Notes under the pieces: model-generated
Database searches by the model: none
What the model saw: only the letters and a program-made list of their open reading frames with translations
Told to the model about the DNA's origin: nothing
Shown: in pieces, positions 11,527 through 22,967 of the stretch
How the letters are laid out: every line of letters begins with the position of its first letter
Numbering within the stretch: the first letter of the stretch is position 1
Assembly: GCA_009103225.1 (NCBI GenBank)
Contig: RHPI01002220.1
Coordinates: 3,703 to 67,702, forward strand
DNA from: Chlorokybus atmophyticus
Lineage: Eukaryota; Plantae; Mesostigma and Chlorokybus algae
Length of the DNA: 64,000 bases
Direction of reading: 5' to 3'
Made by a program: the position numbers and the translations under genes

Positions 11527-13691
11527 ATGCCCTCCGCTTGCACTGCTCTGTACTCAGAAGCGTTTTTGGTGAGGTACGTATGATTTTTTCAACTGTGCTG
11601 ATGACTAGAAATCGGTACAGACCAGCATTAAGTTTACGTATGGTACTGTTGCCACCACTGAAGTGACCTCTTCATGTATAGCCAAATATCTGCACGTTGC
11701 CGTCAAGACAACAGCATTGTCTGATCAGGTCTGTGAAGTTGACTTCACCATCAAAGGAGAACAGAGTGGGTGCTAGACATTCGCGCCGCCAGTCTTCTGT
11801 TGTTGCCATGGCCAAGGCCCCTAGCGTGGTGGTTGTTGGAGGGGGCATTGGGGGTCTCGCAAGCGCGTTGGCATTGCGCAAGATTGCCGGCATTCAAGAT
11901 ATTATCGTATTGGAACGAGGAAGTACCGGCAGCAGTGAAGGTGCAGGGAGTGTATTGTGTGTTGAGGGGCTCGTGTGCAGGATATAAGCATGTTGAAACT
12001 GCATTGCTAGCTTCTCATACAGGCACACATACACGTGTGCCCGCGAGCCCATACCCTCAGTCACTGTGCACACGTGTGACTGCAGTATGAATGCAGGATA
12101 CACGCACACACAGACACACGCAGGCAGGTCCACTCACACAAGCATGTGAGCAAACGCACACACCATATGCATATGCTTGATCGCACCCACCCACCTACCG
12201 ATTCCAGGTGGCACGGGGTTAATGCTGTGGCCGAATGGGCTCAAGGCGTTGGGGCACATTGATCCTGCATTAATGCAGGCAGCAAAAGACAGTGGGGTGG
12301 TTATCCGCAACAAGGCGAGTCAATAATGCTACGTTCTATGCCTTGTACATTGTGTGTGAGTCAAGCGTGGCAGCCCTGGTTGATCTTTTGTCATGTTATG
12401 GACCAGTGCAGGTCTATCAGCGCAGCTCGGATATCACATTGATACCCTGTGATGAGGCGCAGAAGTTTGGCGAGCCCATGATGTGTGCTTATTGGAAAAG
12501 CTTGCACCAGGCAAGCCGGTTGTTCAGCTGCTTTGCACCACATATGTGGACCTACGACAGCAATAGAGTGATAATCTAACATACCAACATGGTGTGACAC
12601 TCGCAGCTATTGTCGGAAGCAGTGGCGGAAGAGGCCATCACAGTGGAAGTGGATAAACGTTGCACTGGCGTACAGTTAGATGATGCAGAAAACCAGCCGG
12701 GCGTGACGGTTGTAAGCAGTAACGGAAATGTCACAACTGTACATGCAGACATGATCGTTGGCGCGGACGGCATCGGTTCCCAAGTTCGAAAGACTCTGTT
12801 TGGGGAGCAGCGGCCTGACTATGCTGGGCGCGTGCTATGGCGCGCTGTCATCCGCGACTACTTTCCACCGCTCATCGCTGCACCTCAAACCTCTCTAGTA
12901 CAAGATGTGTACATGTGCACAATGGTAAGCACGTCTGTTGCACAGTGTGCATGGTAAGGAAATTGTGCGACTTGTGACTTTTGTGAAATTGAAGGTAGCC
13001 CTTGTTGAAACATTAAGTGGTAACTAATAATGCAACTGGGCCCAAATGTTATAACACTCGAGGTATTCTTGTGCAGACCAACCCGACGCAGATGGTCACA
13101 TACGCTCCCGTCGGTAGCGGTAATCTATACTGGGCATGTTCATCAACCGCGGAGGAGGAAGACGGCGCACCACCATCGTGGGTGCGGCAAGACATCGAAG
13201 GCGATCCCGAGCTGGTGAAGGCCAAGCTTCTTGACATGTATGGCGAGTTTCAGGACTTGTGCGGGATGATTGAAGCAACTCCCGCCGACAGGATACTCAT
13301 GCGGCCCGTGATGTACCGAAAACGGCCCTTGGAACTGTGGAGCAAGGGGCGGGTTGTGTTGTTGGGTGACGCAGCCCACGCCATGCTTCCCAGCCGAGGA
13401 CAGGGCGCTTGTTGCGCGTTTGAAGATGCCGTGCAGCTGGCTTACAGCTTGCGTGATGCAACGCATGAAGGCCATCACAAAGATGTTCGTGATGTCTGTC
13501 TCAGCGCCATAGCGGAGTACCAAGGCGTGCGATCACAGCGGGTGGATCGCATACAGGCGGAGTCAAACACTCAAACGCCGCAAGGTTTCCGGAAGAAGAC
13601 TGCTGAAGAGCTCATCAAAGACAATGAAGAGATGATGGCGTGGACATTTATGTTTGAGCCCGTGCAAAGGCAGCAAGTTGTCACGAAGTGA
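11527..13691 (+). CDS. FAD-dependent monooxygenase (class A flavoprotein, zeaxanthin epoxidase/salicylate hydroxylase-like), multi-exon
   Basis: VVVVGGGIGGL (GxGxxG), IVGADGIGSQVR (DG motif), RVVLLGDAAHAMLPSRGQGACCAFEDA (GD motif). A short upstream exon (ATG 11527, AG|gtacgt) splices in frame to give a transit-peptide-like N-terminus; alternative ATG at 11808. Substrate unknown. Confidence 0.9.
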
Positions 13692-13949
13692 TGATATCAC
13701 CTGTTTTGCAAGCTAAGAAAGGGTCGCGGTGAGAAGTATGGTGGGTGTACATAGTGAAGATAAACCTCTGACGCGGTGTACTTGTTGGATGTGTAATATA
13801 CATGTCACCATTGTTTGCTTGACAAAACTGCTGATGGCACTTGTATGTGCCTGTCATGACAAGTCATGTGACACAACAGTTGGCTGGAATGATCTGACAA
13901 GCTTCCCATTGAAACGAATCAAAACTGCTCCGCAGTGCAGCAATGTGCG

Positions 13950-15208
13950 TTATCCCACAGTCTTGTTCATGAACTTGCGCTTGGCAAATGCAAGCCAAAA
14001 CTTGTTCTGCGTCCCATCTCCTAAGTAGCATTTCTCCAGCAACCTTCGGCACACTTCGGCCCTTGCCTGCTTTGCATACGCCTTGAATGCATCTATACAC
14101 ACACGTCAACACATGAGTGCACACACATGTGAGTGTGCACGTGTGCACACTCGCAATTTGTGCATTTGTGATTCAGCGAGAATATAAGTGGCCACACATA
14201 ATACAAGCTGCATCGGCACTGAGCACTGAGTGCATGCACCTGCTTCGTCTTTTGTTTGCGGTGTTGCAATAACATCCACTACAAGTTTTGTGTCGCCCTC
14301 CAATGACAAAGTCATCATCGCGCGCTGACCGTCCGCCTTGGACCTGGTCACCAACATTAAGTGAGTACACTTTCATATAGTTAACTTAACTCTTTGTGTG
14401 CACGGACTTGCAGGGCTCGAGGCGTTTTAGGCAAAGGGAGATGAAAAAAGTGAGGTAGATCAGCAGCTTGTCCGCACCACTCTGGAAGAGGTAAAGCCAT
14501 CAGTGACACAGTGTGTTACTGGTAACCACAACATCCTGCAGCAATATTCAGTACCTTTACTTCAAAGCTCCTGAACAGCACGTTGGCCCGGAAGGTGTTG
14601 ATGGCCTCATCCACGATGTCTTCCGCTGCCCCTGTGATACTTTACATGTCTGCATGTGCGCATGCGCATGTGCGGTTGCGTGCGAGCGCGCGCCTGTTCG
14701 GGTGTATGCACGCCTGCGTGCGTGTGACTGTGTGTGCAGCACTGCCATTTCTGTAGCTATGTGTCTTTGTGAGGCCATGCAACCCGTCGAACAGTGCGCA
14801 GCGGTGCAACGTGTTCGCTCTCATTCTCATCATTTACAAGTACACAGTTCCACTCCAAAGCAAGCAAGCGGAACAATTAGACAGAACAAACACCCACCCA
14901 ATGAACTCACACACAATCACCTGGCTCCGCAGCTCTGTCCTTCTGTTTGAGAGGCAGCAGCGGGCACCCGCAGGCGACGGCGCAGGAAGGGGCGGTGCCA
15001 TCGTTGGCCCCAAATGAGGAGTGGTACACCTGCGAGAGAAGATCGTGTTCTGTACTAGTGTTGTTGTGATGCTGTCGGGGTTGGCTGTCTGGTATGTATA
15101 TGGCATGGATGTTGTCTTGTGTCTAACGTCGGTTTCTTCGGCGGACATCTATGACAGCGTGTATGTGGGCCCAAGGACAACTCGCTTACGGTGCAACATA
15201 CTCACCAT
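13950..15208 (-). CDS. ARPC3: Arp2/3 complex subunit 3 (p21-Arc), multi-exon
   Basis: M|VYHSSF..ACGCPLLPLK, DIVDEAINTFRANVLFRSFEVK, ADKLLIYLTFFISLCLKRLE, NKFWLAFAKRKFMNK; matches recalled plant ARPC3 motifs. The first exon contributes only the ATG. Confidence 0.92.
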
Positions 15209-16210
15209 AGTGATGGGGCTCAACAGCAACCAGTGGTCAAACGATATCAACAACTACATAGTAAGCTTCTACGCTGTGTTAATTGCAACCAGCTGCCCCC
15301 TTACTCAAAACTCCTCCTCCTCCTCCTCCTCCTCCTCCGCCGCCGCCTTTACAGCAGCAGCAGCAGGCGCCTTTTGCAGTCTCGTCTCACGTGAGCAAAC
15401 GCTATCAATATCAACTGGGCGATATACAAGACGTCTTGACATCCTTGTCAAGATGCTGACATCAGGCCCCTGCGGATAAGGACTGTCCCATTGTCGATAT
15501 CGCTGACTGTGCCAGAGCTGCGGCGGCGTCGCCTGGACAGCGACGGCGGCGGCGGCGGCGAGGGCGGCGGCGAAGGCGCCGTGGGTGTAGGTGCAGTTGT
15601 GTCGCCTGGTGGTTATTGTCAAGCACAACATGCTAGGCGAGTCCTTTCGTGTATGCGTCTCTCTTTTAGTGAATGGCGTGGCATTGTCCCTTCCAGCCTG
15701 GAAGCGGCAGCTATGGTGGAGGCTGGGCTAGGGTTGCTGCTTGCAACACATATTCTTCCTGAAAAACTTACGCATGTGCTAGCACAACCCTGTTACACAA
15801 CTAGTTCAAGTGGGGTTGCAATGCTCAAGCTCAAGCCAACAAGCACGCCATGCAGCGCAAAACACTGCATGCTCAGGCTGTTGCGCATTCTAGCCCATAA
15901 GTCTTTCAGCTGGATTTGCAGACGTGCATATGCCATGCCGACACAGCATACTCAGTCACACTAAGTGCACAGTTTGACAGTTGCATACAACTTAGCATGC
16001 AACATAGTGCAAGAATACAGGTACATCCAGATTGAGACGGCAGTGTACACGTGTACACTGCTTCTCAATTGGAATGCAAATCAACTGCCCACAACGCATT
16101 CTTGCAAGTTCAAGTATGCACCAACCCTGATCTGACACTCACTTATGTACCATACATTGCTGTGTCGTACAATGTGTCTCAACACCTGTGGTACAGAGCA
16201 CGCAAACAAG

Positions 16211-19200
16211 ATGAATGTCAATGGCGGAGCCAATGGCAATGCCAGCCCGATGCTCCTGCGCCGGATGGTGTCGGCGCAGCAGCTGCCAGTGTCGGAGATG
16301 GACGACTTGATGAAGGCAACAGCAAAGAACGACTCGCTTCTTCGTGAGATTCTGCTGGGCATTATTCTTCACCACCACGGGGAGGTGCGTCTGATGCTGA
16401 TATGCACACGCATGCACGCGCAAAAAGGAACCTGCGCACATGCATGTTGCACCAAGCAACTGTGTATGCTGCTGTGTGCATTGCCCTTTGGTTTGCTGTT
16501 GTATAGCACAATCCACAATACTGACATACTCTCATTGCAGCACCTCGCTGACCTTGTGGCCAAGACGCACAACCTCTCTCAAAAGTACTGCGAGTCTGGT
16601 GAAGAAGGGGACCTCATCAATCTTGAAAACCTCCTCCGCTCCTTCAACAGGCAAGGCTTGTTGCAAGCTTTACTTTTGTTCACTTTGATCACTTGCTTGC
16701 TTGTTGGCTTTGTGCTGATTACAGCTGCGTGTATGTGTTGCATTACGCCTGCAGCGAAGACGCGATGTTTGTGGCGAGCGCGCTGTCCCACATGTTGAAC
16801 CTGTACAATCTGTCGGAGGAGCAGGCTGAGGCGCTGCGCGCGGACGCGGAGGATTGGGACCGCAACCATGGCAAGGCCGTCGGCAACGATGCTGCGGACG
16901 ATGTTGGCGAGATGAAGGACATGTCCCTCTCGGACACCATCGACAAGCTGCTCAACCTTGGCAAAACCCAACAAGAGATATATGAGGTCAGTGATTCCAT
17001 AACACATACATGTTAGTAGCCGTCTTTATTTTCGGACACGCAGTGAAGTGTTGCAGATCCCAACTTGGTAACTTGCGCATATGCGCAAGTTACCAAGTTG
17101 ACTGGGCTTTCAAACTATTCAAAATGCGTGACTGTGTCTATGTAAGAACGGAAGCAATAATTGGTTAAACATTGTTGCTCCTATATCGTCATGAGATGAG
17201 CAGCTGTCATCCAGCATGTAGCCGCGTACTCAGTAAAGGCTTGTTGACGCTGTGGTGTTGCGTTGGGCTTACACTGTCTGTCTCTTGTCGCAGGCATTGT
17301 GCCAGCAGGAGGTGGACCTGGTGCTGACGGCGCACCCGACGCAGAGTGTGCGGCGGTCGATCCTGCAGAAGCACACGGTGGTGCGGCGCTGCCTGGACGC
17401 TCTGCGCGACCCCGCTACCGCCGAGGACCCATGGGTGCACCGGGAGACACTCGACACCCTCCGCCGCACTCTCCATGTAACGAACCCACGCACCCGCATG
17501 CACACGCACCTGCGCGTGCAAGCATGTACACGCACCTGCGCATGCACGCACACGAAAGTGCTTACGCACATGCGCTCGAACATGCACGCTTAAGCAGTGG
17601 TCAATGGTTGCCATAGCAACAAGTGACTGTTGTGGTGATTGAGAGGGTGGGGGGCGTGTTATGTGCAGGCTGCGTGGCGTACGGATGAGATCAGGAGGCA
17701 GCAGCCGAGCCCGCAGGACGAGATGCGCGCCGGGTTGTCGTACTTTTACGAGACCATCTGGTATGGTTGTGTGCAGTCAGACATGCATACACAGTCATAT
17801 ATATACAGTCACGACGTGCGATGTTCTCCACGCCTGCAACCCTGTGCAGGAACGGTGTGCCAGCTTTCCTGCGGCGCGTGGATTCTGTGTTGGTGTCCAA
17901 AGGGCTCAACCGCCTCCCTGTTGAGCATGCGAGTGCGTGATCATGCTTTGTCGTTGCATTGCGTGCAGTAACCAATTTGTCTTACAGTGTATGCGCGTAC
18001 ACGCAGTCATCAGGTTCAGCAGTTGGATGGGCGGAGATCGCGACGGCAACCCGCGCGTGACGCCCGAGTGCACGCGCGACGTGTGCCTGCTCGCTCGTCT
18101 CACTGCTGCTGAGCTTTACTTCCGAGAAGGTGAGGAGAGGAGACTTGTGTGCTCACGCAAGTGCGTGCGTGTCTTCGTGTTTGTGTGCGCGCATGCCGCC
18201 GTCCGTGTGTTTGCGTGATGTGCCATATCCGCGTGCATGCGTGCGTGCGTGTGGGTGTGTGTATGTGTGTTTCTGACTGAAGTGTGTTGACGTTGGCAGT
18301 GGAGGCGCTCATGTTTGAGCTGTCTGTGTGGCGCTGCTCGGAGCCGTTCCGGCGGCGCATCGAGCACCTTCCTCACAACATCAGCCCCAACAAACATTAC
18401 ACCGAGTTCTGGAGCTACATCCCTCCCACTGAACCCTACAGGTATGCACTTGTAACCTATATAGCAATGCACTGCGGACCAACATGGCACTGCACTTTGA
18501 TTATGCTTACAGCATCTTGACACAGCCAGCTCTGTGCAGGTTGCAGTGCATACAATTATCGCATGAACAGTTAACCTTTGTTGAACGCGCACTTGCAAAC
18601 AATCTATTTGTCTGCACTGTGCGATGATTGCGTTCATGTGCTTGTGTTCACAGAGTGTTGTTGGGCGAGGTGCGTGACAAGCTATACAACACCCGCGAGT
18701 GGCTGCACCACCAGCTGACCACAGGTTCCTCCCCTGTCGACCCCAGCCACATCTACCTCGACACGGAACAGCTGCTTGAACCCCTTCAGGTGAGTTGATG
18801 CTGTCATCACATGTAAATTGCTTAACAAGGGCAGCGAATCAAGGAGACAACTACCAACAGGCCTGCTATGAGTCGCTGTGCGCAACGGGTGACATTGAGA
18901 TTGCCCAGGGACGCCTCCTTGACAACCTGCGCCGCCTAACATGGCAAGTTGTGTGTGTGCGTGCTTTTGTGTCTGTGTGTCAAGGGGCGTGTGCGTGTGT
19001 ACGCACGCATGTGCTCCGTGCTTGCGCACGCGTGTGCGTGCATGTGTGCCCGTGCGCGTGCACGTGTGAACTTTGCGTGCATGAGCACCTGATTCTTGCG
19101 TGCGTGTGCTTCGGCTTGCATGCTTGCATGGATATATGTGTGCGTGTGAATGATGACTGGAGTGATGCCTGTGCAGTTTCGGGCTGTCCCTGGTCAAGTT

Positions 19201-20969
19201 GGATGTCCGTCAGGAGTCGGAGCGTCACGCGGATGTGATGGACGCGATCACGACGCATCTGTCGCTGGGGTCGTACCGCGAGTGGTCCGAAGACGCCAAG
19301 ATTGCATTCCTTGAAAACGAGCTTTCCTCCCGCCGCCCCCTCTTCGGCGCAGACCTCCCCACTGATCCCGCAACCCAAGACGTCCTCGACACCATACGCG
19401 TCCTTGCAGGTATGACTGTGTAACATCTCAAACACTACTAGCACATGCCAAGAAACAACACTCTAACCAAAAATTATCAGAGTTGCCGTCGGACTCTTTT
19501 GGGGCGTACGTGATCAGTATGGCCACGTCCACGTCGGATGTGCTGTGCGTGGAGCTTCTGCAGCGCGAGTGCGGCGTGCGCCAACCTCTGCGCGTTGTGC
19601 CCCTCTTTGAACGTGGCGACGATCTCCAGGTGACTGTTGTGTTGTGGTATTGATGGTAATGGTTGACCCGCAGTTCAACTGTCTTGTGCTGACTTAATCC
19701 ATGCGCAGGCTGCTCCCGAGGTTATGAGGAGACTGTTTTCTTCACCTTGGTACATTAAGCACATCAACGGTTACCAAGAGGTGCGTGCATCAAGCGTGTG
19801 TGATTTGCGTGTCTGTGTGCTCATGTGTGGGGCAAATACAGACGTGCACGCATGCTTGTGTGCGCGTAAGCATGCGTGCGTGCGTATGACTGTGTGCATA
19901 TGTGTGCGTGTCTATACGCCCGCGTGCCTGTGCACCTGCGTGCAATTGTTTGTATATTGTGTGTTGGTGTGCATATCTGTTCCTGTCTATGTGGTAACCA
20001 ACTTAGCACAACTGCTGGCAGGTGATGATTGGCTACTCAGATTCGGGCAAGGATGCCGGTCGTCTCGCGGCTGCGTGGGAAATGTTCCGCGCGCAGGAGC
20101 AGCTGGTGGAGGTGGCGCAGGAGTTCAACGTAAAGCTGACGCTGTTCCACGGCCGCGGCGGCACGGTCGGTCGTGGAGGAGGACCCGCCCACCTCGCCAT
20201 CCTCTCGCAGCCGCCGGGCACCGTCAACGGACGCCTGCGAGTCACCGTACAGGGAGAAGTGCTGGAACGAACCTTTGGAGAGAAGCGCCTGTGCTTCAGG
20301 TACGTGTGCTGAGTAATTGTTGGCATTGTGATGGTCTATACAGCGCGCATGGCGCAGTATAATAGTTAACGGATTGCACTAATGTGTATGTGTATGCGCT
20401 CACATATACATAATGAAAGGCACATACAGGGTAACACATACAGCACGCGCACACGCACATGCACACGCACATGTATGCCCACAAGTACGCGCATGCGCAC
20501 GAGCACACACACTGCTGCATGTACGCAGGGCAATGGAGAGGTACACAACTTCGACGTTAGAGGCAACATTGGCTCCGCCAGCGGGGCCGGTGCACACGTG
20601 GCGGCAGGCGATGAGCCACATGGCGCGCGTGTCGTGCGCGCAGTACCGCTCCGTCGTCTTCCGTGATGAACGCTTCCTGGATTACTTCCGTTCTGCCACC
20701 CCCGAACAGGAATATGGTACAGCACCTGCACATAATACATGGCATACATATGGCACAATTGTTGCACATGCATGCTATGCTTGATGGGCTTGCTGGTTGC
20801 TTGACATCTGTTGCTATCCCCCTACAACTCAGTTGTTTGTGCTCCCAAGGTCGCATGAACATTGGCAGCCGGCCGAGCAAGCGCAGGGCTGGTGGCGGTA
20901 TTGAGACGCTGCGTGCAATCCCGTGGATTTTCGCGTGGACGCAGGTTGGCTGACTGACATGAGCTGTTG

Positions 20970-21001
<32 letters not shown>

Positions 21002-22189
21002 CGCATGAGCACGTGCACGTGCGCGCACACACACACATACACATACACAGGATGTGTTCGTGCATACACACGCGTGTTGTAACCAACCAACTTGTGTTCA
21101 CGCAGACGCGGTTGCACTTACCGGTGTGGTTGGGAATTGGCACAGCGCTAGCGTCCGTACAGGCCGGGGATGAGGCGGTGCCTCTCCCGCTCATGCAGGA
21201 GATGTACAAGCGCTGGCCGTTCTTCCGCGTCACAATGGTGGGTTGGCCATTGCTCTGTTAATGTGTCGCCGTCCGCAGGGACTTGATGTGGGTGTGTGCT
21301 TGAGTTGTGCTTGCTGCATCAGGATCTTCTCGAGATGGTTCTGGCAAAGGCGGATCCCTCAATCGCAGCACATTATGACCAGGTACACACTCTCTCATGG
21401 GTCAATGATGTCACGACGCGATCTTGTTGTGAGAAGTCCTCCTGTCAACAAATGTGTGATGTGTGTGCAGTCTCTTGTGGACAAATCACTGTGGGGATTC
21501 GGGGCGGAGTTGCGGCAGCTGTTCGCGGAGACTGTGGAGGAGCTGCTGAAGGTGACGCAGCACGAAGTGCTGATGGAGCACGACCCCGTCCTCCGCCAGC
21601 GCATCGCCATGCGTGCTCCCTACATCACCCCGCTCAACCTACTGCAGGTTAGTTCCCCACACTTCATGACAACGCACCTCAACTCAATTGTAGTTGTTTG
21701 GTGACGTGTTGTGAGTTGTCAGGCGCAGTACAGCTTCCATGCATGCGTAGTTGAAGGCACACATGCATGTGTTCTGCATCCACGCGCAGGCCTGTGAATC
21801 TGTCGCGCAACACACGCACACGCATTCATACACGCACACACGCGCAAGCAGGCGTGCGGGCAGGCGCGTCTGCACATTATCGTGCATGACTACTACATGC
21901 ACACCTTGACGAGATGAATGCCTGCAATATCTGCCTATGCGCTTGTACATGTGCATACACACATGCACTGACCGTTTTTTCACCATTCTTTCAGATCATG
22001 TTGCTGAAGGAGATGCGGGAGCCCGGCAGTTTTACAAACCTGGTTCAGGTGGCCGTGGACACGGGCTCGCGCAGCGGGGCGGACACGCCTATCGCGCTCA
22101 ACAAGTCGTCCGAGCACGCGCCGGGCGTGGAGGACACGCTCATCATCAGCATGAAAGGCATTGCTGCCGGCATGCAGAACACCGGCTGA
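16211..22189 (+). CDS. PPC: Phosphoenolpyruvate carboxylase, plant-type, ~20 exons
   Basis: [66 protein letters not shown]-terminal [12 protein letters not shown] (QNTG is the plant-type ending). Confidence 0.98.
17061..17100. repeat. Perfect 40-bp palindrome in a PEPC intron
   Basis: CAACTTGGTAACTTGCGCAT|ATGCGCAAGTTACCAAGTTG is its own reverse complement. Confidence 0.97.
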
Positions 22190-22967
22190 GAGAAACAGCT
22201 TATGCTCAGGTCTACGTGCGTGGATTCGGTCAATGTTGTGGTTGCTTACACACCAGTTGGTTAGGTACAAGTGCGTATGTGTATGTGTGGTTGCTAGGGT
22301 TGTGTGTGTCCATGTTACTAGCCTATTAAATGGGCCGTCCTATGTTGCTTAGTGCGTTCTTTGTGATGATCCTGTCCATTGTGGTTACGAATACAAGAAG
22401 GCAATTTGGTAAGGCTGTGTTGATGCAGTGCCCAAGTGCTTGAAGCGCATCTGTAGATTGAAACGCTGTTGCAATCTGCTGTAAGTCATATGTAGTGTTG
22501 ATGTTGCTGTCTCAAACATCGCGCAGAATCACATACAATGACTGATATACAATGAAAATAGGCCGGGCAAAAGACTCACAACACAACTGTTAAACACAAG
22601 AGAATGGCAATGGTTTTTCCCACTGTCTGCCTTGCCCTATGCTGGTGTGTGCAGAAAGCATTGTGCAGAAAGCAGCTGTCAATCACCCTTTGTTACGATC
22701 ACGCCTCACTTCTTGACAGGCCTGCTTCTGACAAGAGAAGGCCTGTAAAGAAGCGTGGTCTTCTTTTGGCAAGATTACATTGATGAGAAGATACAGGCAT
22801 TTGCAATGAACACTGTTGCCGCATGTTTGCCTGTGCACAGCATTTCTTATGCTGCACCAACTGGCAGAGGGCCTGACTTGAAGAATCAATGGCTGCTGAC
22901 AGTATGCATCCAAACGAAACTGCACTGTTGTTCACCTATAGTAGTGGTGTCGAAAGGACAATAGTGC

